A stretch of DNA of 64,000 nt from Phoronis australis (taxonomy: Eukaryota > Animalia > Phoronida). The notes under the pieces are model-generated. The model saw only the letters and a list, made by a program, of their open reading frames with translations. It was not told the DNA's origin and did not search any database. Made by a program: the position numbers and the translations under genes. The stretch spans positions 481,505-545,504 of the forward strand of contig NMRA01000229.1 in NCBI GenBank assembly GCA_002633005.1. Reading direction: 5' to 3'. This document shows positions 36,861-50,066 of this stretch, in pieces. How positions within the stretch are numbered: the first letter of the stretch is position 1; the number at the start of each line of letters is the position of its first letter.

Positions 36861-39800
36861 CTCACATTTACTCACGAAAACTTAGGGTCTCGCGTTCCAC
36901 ACGGAGCATTCAATCACATTGTACGAAGCATATTCTTTTGCATGGAATGTAAAGGTGATCTGTGGGGATGGTTTGACGTTCGTAAGGTTGTCTAGCACGT
37001 TTGTACGCAAATGTCGGAACGAATCATGGGTTTGTACTCACGAGTATTGGATTCTAGTACATATGATCCGGTGTTTCGTGCTGATGATTATGCGGACCTT
37101 TGCAAATGATTCGATGCTCGCGCGTTAGATTGCTGGATACTCAACGTTTAAAAACATTAGTGGTCTTAGTAGCTATAGGCTAACTTTAAGTCACAACTCC
37201 ACAGTGACTGATCGTGGGCGCTTTGGACTAAAGGACATTTTTTTTAACGTGCACCTGTAAATTCAGATGTCGTCATTGCTGGGCAATAAGCGGATAAAGC
37301 CAGCGATATAATGCATTGAGAATTGAAAAGAATAGCGCAGCTGGTCAGCAACATTTAGAAGAGGTCGTGTGGAATTAACATGAACGCAATTTACACTAAA
37401 ACGTGGCTAATTCCTGACGAATTACCCACTTACTACCAGCACACGTCGAATCACTACAGCCATGGTTGGCAAATTGATAATTGAGAAATATAAACAGTTT
37501 GATTTCATGTCACGGCGACGAGGTGCGAGACAAAACAACTGACCAAGAGAGAACGCTTTAACAGGTGTTAGACAATTCCTCAGAATCACATGGAAATCGG
37601 GGGCCACTCTTGAGGTTCGACGTGTTGGTGTATTTTGGTTTTTAGTGTCGAAATATCTTCAACCAGTAATAAGTGATGGATAAGTTTATCTGGAGTAAGA
37701 ATATTAAAAAAAATCATAACGACCGTCGGCATAACGGCAGTCGGCCTAGCATTTCATTCTAATTTGTTTGATGCACAGGCAGCAGTTAAAGTGACATTTA
37801 CTCCATGTTTATAGCTTGTATAACAAATTCACAAAATATGCAGATTAACGCTCAAAATGTGTCTTGCGATTGAAAATAATTTCAGTTGACATGGAACGCA
37901 CCAATTTCTTATTCACATTTTAATAATGCACGTTGGATGATTAACTTGTCTAGAATGCAAGAATGATGTACGACAAGTGTTATAGATTTCTAGAATTGTC
38001 GAGCTTGTCAGGTTCATTGAAATATCTCGGGTATTTTCGTAGTCTCATAGTGAGTCGGGTAGGTTTGAATTCTTCTCTAGTCTACAAGAAATAGCTTGAG
38101 ATTAACGCCTTCCTTTCATTGATTTTCAACATAAAACCTAGAATGTATTTTTGGAATTCTTTTTGAATGTTTTACTAATTAATCGAAATTTGCGAATGAT
38201 CTCGGCCCAATTATACGACAATCGCTTTCCTGAATGGCCCACTTTGAAAGATCAAAAACGAGTACCTACTAACATTACCAGTTTTGGGCGATCACTTTTA
38301 TTACTGCGTTCTTGGAACTCGTGCTTGAACAGTTGTAATAAAATTACGTAAAGTATGTCAGGTTAAGACTATGACCTTGAAACGGTATGGCGGTACCTGA
38401 AATTCAAGTTGATCTGGCAGAAGAAATGCACATTCTTCATAAAGGGATATCGAAGTATTCTTGATAAGAGAACTTAGAACGACGGGTGACCGCGTGTCTG
38501 AGATAAATTTCGTATAATTTCTGTGAACTTTAGAATATAAAATAGGTAAATAAAACACCAACAATGGATCAACTGAAATTTTCGGATATAATAACGTCCT
38601 TCGTCAAAAGAAACAGAAATAATGTAAAATCAAATACTATATGACAATTAAATTATATTATTGATTTTTTCTGCAACAATGCACCACATCTTAAACGTCA
38701 GTTGTCATCTGTTTAAATATTAGAACACGCAAGGATAGACGAGAAGTGGGCTAATTTATGCTGATTTCTTGGATCGTGTTTTCCTCATAGATTTCAACGT
38801 TGATGTAAAAAGAAATGATCAAGAACAACACAAGTCCAACTATTATGTAAAATATGTTCAATGTATTTAACAAAACATGACACGACACAATCAAAATGAC
38901 AGAACAAACAAGTTATACAACAATTAATCAAGTTTGCGTGTTAAAGTTGTAGCTATGACAACAACAAAAACAGTATTAAGGGATATTTTACACAAAGGTT
39001 AATGGAGGTAAGTGCACGGGAACAGCCCAAAGATTTGCCAAGGCCAATAGTTGTGGTTGTAAACTAATCGACCGTGATTAAATGACGTTGCCCTCCGGAA
39101 CACCATACACTTGCTAGCCTTCACTGGACACTGACATGTACTTGTGAAGACAGTCTTACAGCACTAAATAAGCTATTGAACACGATTGCACAGAAGGACT
39201 TGCACTCAAGAGCTAAATTGTTCTTTACCCGCGGAGAAGAGCTGGAAAATATTTTGTTGTCTTTTCATTGCGTATTAAGTTATCTGTCAAGCCGAATGAA
39301 AAGCACTGTTCGAGATAGCGTGTTCGAGAGTTGTCAAGCCTCATTAATGTCGTATGTATTCCACCTGTGTTAGTGTGCGGAATTCCATCGTTTAACAATA
39401 TTAACAATAAAGTGACAGCAAGCATGTGATTAAACACATCCATTTGATGAGACCTGCTATGTGATAGAGATCCGGACGCGACTTCGCCATGGGTAAAAAA
39501 AAATTGAGAATATCTTGAACGGCATTTTGATGGCAGCGAAATACTTCATGGACAATACATTGGATCCGTTTCTAACTATGCGACTCTAACAATAAAAAGG
39601 TGAATATACCGAACTTACCCCAAACATTAGGGCTTCAAAAGTGAAAACAATTCAAATGCCAGTTGAAATTTTCGCGAAGCGCCAAACTATTTCCAGGCTA
39701 CGTTCATGTAGCATTCTTAAAATTTTGTTGCGCGTTGATTAAGGCTATGCATATCTCTAAAAAATGTACAAGTTTTGCCAACCTTGAAACATCATATTTC

Positions 39801-40114
39801 AGAAATGACCGATCAAATTCAAATGAAACTTGCAAACACCATGCTTAATGCATGTTTCTCCAATAGCCTCTAGGTGAAGGATTTGGTCTTATGATACTCC
39901 ACGTCTGCAGGAGGGGCTAACAAAATAGCACCTGTTTGAAAAAATCAAAAGTTGAATAAAACGAAAACGAAATCATGATTTAGAAAACTACAATAGAGTT
40001 TTGGAGCTTCCATCTTGAACGTTTATATCAAATGAAATCTGGTCATGTTAATGAAATCGCTGCTTTGCTATAGGACGGTTTGTTTTTTTTTTCTTTTTTC
40101 AGTTAATTGTGAAC

Positions 40115-40700
40115 AAAAACATGGTCGCGTGACCCAGTTAATGACCCATTATTAAAATGTCAACAGCCAAATTCTACAGACTTTCCACTTTCATAAAATA
40201 TATACTTTCATTGAGCTAAAGTTACGTGGGAACCTAGAAGAATGTCCAATTTTTGCCAACTTCGGGACATCGATTTTTCTGATCAGATTCACAAGAAGCT
40301 TTCAGATGCTATGCGTTATACAATGTTCGCCAAAGTGTTGTAAGGAATTGTTTGTTTTTTAAAATGTTCAACTTTTGCATCAACGGCTATCAAAACTGAG
40401 AATTGTATGCTGCATAAAATGTAGATGAATCGATCGTTCAGAAAACTGTAACGGTGTTTTTAAGATTTGACCTGGAAAAATTATATCACGCGAAATTTTG
40501 GCAATTTATTGATCCTGTTGATTTGCCATGGGTGTACCTTTCGTTTTTGTTAAATTTTTCTTAAAAGTAAGGCTACGTGACCTAATTAGTGGAAGAATGG
40601 TATGAAGTAAAATCAAATTTTACGGAATTTTTAGATTCAGAAAATGTATACTTTAGTTTTGTAAATATTTGACTAAATATACAGAATAGTCGATAAGGTC
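40115..40700 (+). repeat. Dispersed repeat family with CACGTGACC(C/T)AATTA..TTCTAC..CAGAAAA..TATACTTT units
   Basis: Similar units at ~36155-36260, 40120-40220, 40570-40700 and 62370-62540; shared end motif GTCGATAAGG at ~21073, 40689 and 62526. Confidence 0.5.
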
Positions 40701-42384
40701 TTGTTTAATCTTAAAATCCATAGTCCTGTTCAAATTTGACTTAGTACACTAATATGTTGATAACGTCTTACATAACCTCAACTCAGTGGATATATATTGA
40801 CCGCAAGTTCACACGAAGCAGTGGACTTATTTCACTACAGTATATATATCTGAAAATAACTTAAGCACGACTAAAATAAATATTGGGGATTCGTTGCACT
40901 ACAAGTTGTGGGAAATATTTGCTGAGTTATCAGGTAATTGACGGTGTAGCTGGCGTGATGGATATACTGATAGCTTTGAGGCTCCGGTCGGGTTCAGAAA
41001 TAGAAAATAGTATTTATGATACGCCGTATATGTATATTTTGAAATGCGTTTTCAGTCAAAGTGACTCTTCTGTTGGTCGTTTGGTGTCACTAGGCCAAAG
41101 GAAGTCTTGGACTTTTTGAAGAAATCGGCTTAGATAAAGACAGATTGACAGTTCTAGGTCAAGGTTGATGCTTTAAATATTTGAGTTAAAATGAAACGTT
41201 TGGACTTGTCTATGCATTGTGAATATGGTATGGATTAATGTCGAGGCGGCTGTTATATATTATTGTTACGAAAATACTGGTAGCGGCGTCAATGTTAAAA
41301 TGTTCATATTGTTGAAAAATCAGCTTATTTCGGCAACAAATTTTCTTAAGACCGTGCTTAATTAGAAAGACCATAGGTAGTGCAAACAGAATGACGTATT
41401 CAATAAGATACTGGAAGATGTAAACGAAAGTATGAAGTTAGGTAGGCTGTGAGGCCTTATATGTACTCATATTTAACCGTCGTCTTTTATAACCAATTTT
41501 GTGCACAAGGCCTGCTGCGCGTGTGCGCTGGTACCCGCGGTAGATTACAAACTACTTCTTGTAGCGTGTGTGCGTGCGAGAATTCTGATTGGCGTATTTC
41601 AACTTGGTCGATTCGGCACAGTAGGACTCTGGCGATTGAACATCTGTATTGCTCAATCATATCTTCTCTTCTCCGACCAGTACTCAAACTAAAAAGTTCA
41701 TTTTAAGAACAGAAACCTCAATGTTCTCCTAACAAAGTACACTCTGGTGTGTGACACTTTTCGGTAGTGACAGAAGCCAATGTTCGAGCAATGCTTGAGG
41801 TGAATTTCCTAGCAAATAGGCACTAAATTGCAATTTGAATGTTATCAAATTTTCCAATAACACATTATCGTCACAAGTGATGAAACTGAAAAGTGTCGAT
41901 TTAAATACAAAAATGCGGCAATTTTAATAACTGACTATCTTCACGTATGAGGTTAGAAATTCGTCAATCATACGGTGCGCTCCTTTAGGCGTTATCAACG
42001 TTCGACAGATTCCAAAGGTGTATTTCCCCTGTTGTAAGCTTTCGCATCGTATGTGATTTTATTCTGAATTTTCAAATTGCTAAAGAAGAGTGAAACTGAA
42101 GACTGTCAGGTTCGTTTTATTAAATGAAATACATGTACATTTGAGGCGGCTAAAGATGCATCACCCACGGGGTGTGCACTTTTACACGTTGCCAGCCGTA
42201 GACTCCACGTTTGTCGTGATAATTCTCTGTTGTAGATATAATCCCTTTGATCGTCGACAAAAAGGAGAAGTTGGGGACTAGTCAATACTATAGAGAGACG
42301 CCTCTGACTAAAAAAGTGATTGATGTGACCACGCCTCGGCTGGTTTAGGGAGTTACCTCCCCGATGGTTTAAGAAGCCCCCCCC

Positions 42385-42423
42385 CACACACACACACACA
42401 CAAACACACACACAGACACACAT
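42385..42423. repeat. (CA)n microsatellite
   Basis: Seen directly. Confidence 0.95.
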
Positions 42424-42692
42424 ATGTGCACAACATTCAACTCTGCAGTAGTACAAGCGTCATACTGTTTTAACCAGTTTGTTAACAGTGATTGCACTGC
42501 ATAATTGGAAGACCTCTTTAATAAGTATTACACAATGGCACAACAGGCATTTGAAAAGTAGCTATCAATAACTGTTACCTAGAGCAATAATTCTATATTT
42601 GATCCACTTTTAACGAATTGAATCCGTTAAAGTGTGCTCATACCGATATTGTAAAATACGAGATATTATTAGATATAAATATGATGATAATA

Positions 42693-42735
42693 TTATATAT
42701 ATATATATANATATATATATATGTGTGTGTGTGTG
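42693..42735. repeat. (TA)n(GT)n microsatellite containing a single-N join
   Basis: Seen directly; N at 42710. Confidence 0.93.
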
Positions 42736-44223
42736 AGGAGATAGAAAACGAATTTTATTTCTTCCACTGCTGAAAAAAGAAGTGAATTTTTAAACATTGA
42801 ACGACATCAAGTAACAGTTCGTCGTGAATGTGTTTGCATCCCTTTGCATCCGTAGATTTGTTGTGAAAAGGCAAATTGAAATATTGGTAAAGACATGAAA
42901 CTTTACGTATCTGTATCCGCATTGTGTAGACTTGATCTGACTGTTTTATCTACGGTTTCACATAAAACGACATATAACCTGTTATGACCATCAAAGAAGA
43001 TCGTGTAAAACACGGCGTCGTGACAAAGGACATCACTACTTAGCCAGCCGATCCGGCGTATGTTCACATATTACATCAGTCGGCTGATGCCAGTAATCCT
43101 TTGATCAAATTTTCCTTCCGATCACCTCAACTGTCGCTCCTGACAGCTAGATTGTTATAAGTGACGAAAATTCAAGGTTGATCTAAGAAACGATTGTTCA
43201 AATAAAGCACGGCAAAATGTCGAGTAAAACGATACTGGATTTAATTAAACGATCTACGAGCCTTTCACCCGAACACAATTTACTTGCGAGGAGAAAAAAA
43301 TAAATTGCGAAATATAATTCCGCATTCCACTTGTTAATAAAGCCACCTCGATGACTTTCCATAGAAGGCGATTTTATTTTAAATTGATCTGGGTTATAAC
43401 AAAACCTTTTTTCAAAGCATCGTTTTCATGTACGAATGTTATACCCATTGTAACTGCTTCTGCATGCGAGCAGAATTTCAAGGTATTGGATTGTTCCAGC
43501 ATGTCAATCAAGCTAATTACTCTAGCCAATCAGGTGCCTGAGAACATTCAATTGCCGATCAGTGACTGAAGGATACCTGAACATTCTGCTTACTTATAGT
43601 AAACGTTTAACAAAATTCCCGACTGAGCAAAAATAGACCAAAGGGCCAACGACTTGCAACTTTTTCAATCAGAACAGATTTAAAATTATGCAAATGCCAT
43701 TCAAATCCTTCACACGCAGTGCTAAATTCAAAATACCCCATCAACTCGAACGTCTCCAATTGAAGTAAGACTCAAATGTAGTTCAAAAGATGGCTTGTGT
43801 ACATGCAATTACAAACATTGGTTCGTGGAAAACGAATGGGTAAAAGTGATACAGTAATTCAATTATGGATGACACTCGGTCGCAGGCACTTTACAACAAC
43901 CGCGAAGCTCCATTTTCATGGGAGACAAACGTTGCGAGTGGTGTTAAACCGAACACCTTTCACATTTGGACTTAACGGCCGACTTCATCAGTCATGTCCA
44001 TGAGCTGTGGGTAAATCAAGTTCGAAGTTACGACCGTCTAATCTTAGTCAAGACCGGACTTACATGTATAACCGTAGCTAAAACGGGTCCGTGGCGCATA
44101 TTTTGATGACAGCCGGTGTGACTTTCGTAAACGAGACCTCGCCAACACACACGACGCTTTCATATTTTTAATACTAAATCACCGGTTGTCTCGCAAAAAA
44201 TCGATTGCAGTCATATTGTGTAA

Positions 44224-46263
44224 CAGGCCCGTATCCAGGGGGTTCGGGGGGTTCGATCACCGCGGAAAAGGTCCAGCCCCGGCCTATCCGTTAAAGAGAT
44301 GGACAACAACAACAAAATTGTTAAAGCTACTGGTACTACTAACTACAATTATAACTAAGTTAGTAATAATTTTGAATTTAGTTGACGTAATCATCGGGCT
44401 GTACCCGGTCAACTTCGCCTGAACGGTGCTTGATGATAGGATCGTGTAGACGATTAGAGGGAGCTTTATGTTATTCATCGGCATTGAACACGCGTGCTGG
44501 CTACAACTTATGGTAACACTGGAATCTAGAAGTAAATGTCTATACCTAAATAGGCTATATAGCAGCGAGGGAGCTCCCAAAAAGTGTGGCGTGTGAACGT
44601 CTTACAATTGACCAAGAAACAGAATGGAAGAAAGTATGTTTGTCTGCTATTTTGATAGTGGCAGAGTACGGTAAAGAGCAGACATTTTCAAATTTCTACT
44701 TTGGCTGTGGATTGGTGGATGACATACATGCGTGTACACGTGAGTGCCTTTCCATTCTTTTAAACTGAGAACACGCCGATGATAATTAAGTTCAATATAG
44801 GCAGTCCTCCGTCGTTTCTGAAAACCAGACATTTAACTACATGGCAGGCGCGGGGTTGAGGGGTTTGGGGGGCTACAGTCTCCACTTTTTTCAGTGCACC
44901 GCCCATGAACTTAGTACCGTATTTTCTTGCACTGAGAAATCCCCGACGAGCATTTTCATATTATTAGAGAAAAGTAGGGTCTAGACCTAATAAAAACTTT
45001 TAGTCAATGAAAAAATTCTTCTCTTGCCAATCAGTGTCAATGGCGCACAGCCTCGCAGACGTCATACAAGTAACGAACTTGATGGAAAAGATTTCCAAGG
45101 TTACATGTCACTACTCCGAAGTTAATGTGAAGGTTCGCTACTTTTGAAAGTTCACTACCTCCAACAGTTCATTTTTCTGATTGTCTGCTAACGAGCTAAT
45201 GAGAAAAATATTGTATTTGTGCCTATTTAGTAACTATTTAAAGGGTGTACAAAAGTTGATCAAATTGTTTACAAATAAGCTCAGTTCCAATCACTGCCAA
45301 TCGTGACTCTTCAATCTAACTAACCACTCATTCAGTCTCAAGCAGGGCCAGGACTTCAGAGACCAATAGCGGCGGTTTTAACTTTAAGAACACAGAATGG
45401 GTCTCTCCGACTACGTGAAGACTGGCAGGTGCAAGGTAGCCTACTAACGACATTTCGTTTCGACCCGGACATGCGCGTGGTTCCGATGGGTGAGTTCAGG
45501 GGCAGCGGCTCTAAACTAGCTCAGTCATGTTATGAAATGATGCGTGATTGACATGGATTTGATGAATTTATCGTGGTTGATAATTCGTCAATATTCCTAC
45601 ATCATAATCTTTTAAAAAGTCAAGTACGTACTCATTTTCAGTATTAGAAAGACTGAGGGCGATTTCGCATGCGCACGAGCATAGGTACACCACCTGGTGC
45701 GGCTAATAACCGAAGTGTCGTTTATTTTTGCAGGTAAAAGGGGATACACCCAAGACCGAAATTTTAGATCTTTTCGGAGTAATGAACCTTCGGAATAGTG
45801 AACCTTCCGATTAGTGAACCTTTGGTATACTGGGCTGCTCCCATTTCTAGCGGTGTAGGCAAGTTAAAATATTCAAGTCGATCGTGCTCCGATTAAACAT
45901 TTCCGTCCGAATATGTAATGATGTATAATCATTCATTTACACTCATTTAAGCACGCCCGGTTTGAAAGATGGGCAGGGGGTAACGCGGGAACATTCTCTT
46001 TCTGGACCACAGTACATCCGATTTTGGGCCCCGTTCTTTGTGATCAACCTGGGCATCCTCATTTCACTGTTGTATTACGAATTCCGTCTGATCTTGGGAA
46101 CATATAGCTGCGAGTCGTCGTTGTGTATATAGATTTCCCTCCCCCTCCCCCCCCCCCCTCTGCGTCAAGGGCCTTACCAAAAACTCTACAGTGTCGCAAA
46201 ATAGCAAAGGTCCGTCGTACTAGAAATTCAAACCACCCTCACGCAATGCTAGCTACGGGCCTG
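44224..46263. mobile_element. 2040-bp non-autonomous DNA transposon with perfect 5-bp TSD TGTAA (hAT5-like)
   Basis: TIRs CAGGCCCGTATC / GCTACGGGCCTG; TGTAA at 44219-44223 and 46264-46268. Internal 16-bp tandem repeat TTCGGA(A)TAGTGAACC at ~45773-45830. No long ORF. Confidence 0.8.
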
Positions 46264-47669
46264 TGTAAGATGTCCCCGATATACTTGTGGTAAGACATAA
46301 CTTCAACGGAGCACTGTATTTTTCCACATAACACAGAGCACGATGGGACTCCACTGGACTGACGACCAGCACGAATTGAGTTGACGTGCATAGACCTAAT
46401 TCGCGAGGTTGACATTAAAATCCAAAGCGATGCTCACTGCGATTATTAAAGCGGAAGTTGACATTGCGTAAGTGAAATGACCGGTCTTCCGAGTCCAAGT
46501 TGGATATTAAATCTTTAAAATGTGTCGATAAGTAACCAAGAACACGTAGAAAAATACATTAGAGAACAAGTCAATGCACCAAACGAGTTGTCTGACGAAA
46601 GGGTATAAGTTTTTTTCGGAAAACTAGGTTCGAAACATGAAAAGTAAATGTGACCAAATTGCGGCGATCGCAGTGTTACGGATTAGGTATCATGCTGAAT
46701 GCAGGGTTACGTTTCTTCTTGTAAACTGTTGATGAAAATGCTTTCTGCACGAACCAGGCCATGTGCTCGTATTGTTGACGAGTTGAAGATATATTTTGCT
46801 GTCGTGGTCAATTAGTCACGTCTGGTTGAGTTTGTTGATATAGAATATTAACTTGACATCAAGCCTGGCCTAGGGCCCGGCTGGTGAGGCAGGGACTACC
46901 GGGACTAACAGTTGATTTGTCATTGATCTGAAAAAATAATTGCGTATTAAGTATATTTTTTATTAAAAAAACAGGCTCGTAACTGAAAATAAAAATTATT
47001 TGACCATCAATTCTGCTTTCTTGGTTTTAATAATTCTTACGTCTATTTCACGGGTTTCAAAAATATCAATCTAGACCAAGTTGAATTTTAAAATTAAAAC
47101 ACCTAATTCGTTCGTCCAAACAATAACCTCGGTTTAGAGCTCAATTTCAGTTAACTGGACAGAGCAAGCATGGTCATCTTGTTTCTTCATGGGCCTCGCT
47201 CATCAGAGGGGAAGGTGTCTGTGCCTTCTGAGAATGGACTTTTTTCGCCGAGTGAGGGGTAAAATCTACCTCCCGATCACCATCAATAGCACAGCCGCCC
47301 TGTTGCACGCTCTCATAGGCTCTGTCTCAAGTAGCATTTTGTGCCCTGTGTGGTTACACTTGTGATTTGAACTCCGAAGAGAAATTTTCAATCACTAGGG
47401 GAATTTTTAGGCATGATGGGGGGAATTTCGCATGATTTTTCAATATTTTTGAGAGGGAACAGGGCCGATATTCGGCCCCAAAATAGAGGGATTGAGGGCC
47501 CTGTCCTTTTTGGAAAGAAAGTGCATCATGTTTCAACCTGTAGTTATGAAAACACAGCCTGACTGACCGCTGATTCTCCGGTCGTTGCTATGATGCTCGG
47601 CAACCGAAATGCGACAATTAAAGTATGATCTAATTTTTCGTAAACATTTATGAATTTTACACGGCCATA

Positions 47670-47801
47670 TTTTCCTTCGTCGCGGTGTATGGCATCGACC
47701 CAACGCTTCCCAATCTCATCGTCTTTAGGGATTGTAAAACAAACAGTTGACAGTCCGTATTTTTTCAGGCATTCAAGCAACGCGGAACATGACGGCGACA
47801 T
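47670..47801 (-). pseudogene. THAP domain N-terminal half, transposon relic
   Basis: MSPSCSALLEC..GLSTVCFTIPKDDEIGKRWVDAIHRDEGK fits the THAP pattern M-x-C-x-C..FxFPKD..W..I.R. Confidence 0.7.
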
Positions 47802-48671
47802 CCCGTTGCTCCCAACTTGTTCGATTCTATAGCCCAACAACAAGTTGGGAAGTTTACCCCCGTAGCCAATAGCTTACACGACTGATTAAGTCCATTCTGG
47901 CATTTATGGTTGGAGTGCCTGCTCTTTTTTGTTCGATAATTGCTCTAATCTCCGATCAGATCGTATCTAGACTGACTGGACTGATAAAATGAACCAATAG
48001 AATTTCTGAATTGCTCGTCAAATGCTGATAATGTTCCGTTTCTGAATCACCAAAAACGCCCAACAACAACAGAAGTTAAGACAATCTATTCTGTCCAAAC
48101 GGAAGCACTGGGTTTGCGTACTGTGTTCATACGCATTCGGTAATAGCGTGCAACCACCATACGTTTCCTTTGAAGCCTGGGAGATAATTGGCATGCTTGT
48201 TATCATACGGGACAAAAGACTGAGCTGGGCAGTTAACAAAAGAGCCAGATGTTATCGCACGTTCAGCACCCCTCACGTATGGAAAAGTTACTGAACAACA
48301 GAACGCTATAATGTACAACTATGCCGACAAGCTAACAGAGCTATCGAAGCGAGCCTCGTTTTGGAACACGCCTCCTGTCGGCGTGAATTAGGTCTATGGA
48401 CTCCAAACTTGGTATCGTGGATTCGCGGCTGCGTTTAACAATTTGTTTGCTTCCCCGAGACACATATAGCGGATTTGCAGCGCAAAGGAACTACGCATTG
48501 CGTGTGCGAGTTACTTCCTGCGCGAAGGCTCATTGGATAGCTTGTGGTCAGGCATGTCTTGAGCAGGCTGGATAGTGTGTGCATTTGGAGTGATTTGCAA
48601 ACTAAAAACCATGTTTCATTTTTTTGCTTTATAATACCAAGCATGTCCTCTCCCTCGTTTGTAAACACAGC

Positions 48672-48918
48672 GTAGCTCTGATCAGTGACCGTGTGACCGA
48701 GGGCACGACTGTCGTCATGTTCAGTATTGGGGCTATCGGTGTTGATTTCGAAATCTCCTCCGGTTTCAGACAAGTTGAGAGTTCTTGGGTTGCTTAACTT
48801 TTGTAGCTTTCGCCGTAGATATGCTAGAGACGTTAATTTTAAGAGGAAACTCCGTCGGCATGTTGTTCCCATACGTCTTTTTTCCACCAGGAAAATGTTC
48901 GCTGCACACACGATGGCC
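48672..48918 (-). pseudogene. THAP domain C-terminal half plus HBM-like motif, frameshifted transposon relic
   Basis: A frame not in the ORF track reads GHRVCSEHFPGGKKTYGNNMPTEFPL (CSxHF plus an AVPTIF-like box). Downstream, TDQSYA resembles the DHxY HCF-1-binding motif. Confidence 0.75.
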
Positions 48919-49996
48919 CCTAAGCAATTACATGGCACTGAATGCCGCAGGCATTCAGGGGTGATAGTACATCCTCACAAAAAGTTACTCATTTCAAAAT
49001 ACAGCAAATGAAATCAAATGAACCATACATATAGGAACACGGAGTTATAATTAACACATACCACGACTCTGGATACAATTTAGTCAGCAAAACTTGAAAA
49101 TATGTCGCGGTTTGCTCGAGTTTCACTCAGTTACCTGGTGCCATTTTGAGGAAGTTACATGAAATTACGCATGTTGACGAATGAAAAGTCCAAAGGACAC
49201 ACATCTTACATGTTTCACCCGATACCTTCTCATGCTATTTTACAAGTGTCGCGCGCTAGCGTCTGATTACATTTGGCAGAAGTTTCTCATATTCATGTAA
49301 AATTTTGAAAATGTTACTGATCACTCGAAATTAGAAGGATAAACAATATGGGATTTGAGGAGTATGTAGCTTTTATTTTTGCAAGTGAGATGTTGGCTAT
49401 GGATGACAAATAGACAAACTTACAGTAATTCAGCATTTATTTCGCACAAAAAGAATTACCAACACAGATACCGTGGCACGTGTTTAATGACATCTAATTA
49501 GTACAACAGACTAAACAATTTTTATTATTTATTTTTATGAAATTATACAAAAGGCTTTCATGTTGCGGAAAGTCACTTCTTGCAGGGTCACACAACGATG
49601 GAATGAACTGTCATCCTTTTCCAAGCTTAATGTTCTAGTAACACACGTTTTAACAATTGTTGAATGGTTGGACGAAGTTATAAGGAACCAGGCAGTACCT
49701 ATCCCTTTACCAATACACAGTCCGTAATAGCGGAATGTTTAAGTAATCGCTCCACACATGATTCCGACACAAAGGACACAACGCAATTTTGAACTAACGG
49801 CAAAACCGGAAGTACAGTTCATTCAGGAACCCAGGCTTAAGAATGCCGGATGTGCCAATGGAGAAGTGTCTATTGCCAGCCAGCAAACGGGCATAAAATA
49901 ATCGACAGCGGACCTTAACTTTAATAAAACCAAAATAGGGTCAATTTATATTGAAAATGTTGACAAAATGCGCCCAAAATTTTACCGAAATTATTT

Positions 49997-50066
49997 TGGC
50001 GGACTCGAACCTGCAGCCAATGAGACTACTGCATTGGCGAAAGGCGAAGGCACTCCGTCCCCGGCT
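49997..50066 (-). mobile_element. tRNA-derived SINE head fragment
   Basis: Minus-strand B box GGTTCGAGTCC; A box decayed. Confidence 0.35.

Noticed and set aside
45773-45830. CRISPR-like short repeats
   Set aside because: A spacerless 16-bp tandem repeat inside a eukaryotic transposon, with no cas genes.
46590-46640. CTGACGA...GAAA hammerhead candidate
   Set aside because: No convincing stem II or stem III pairing.
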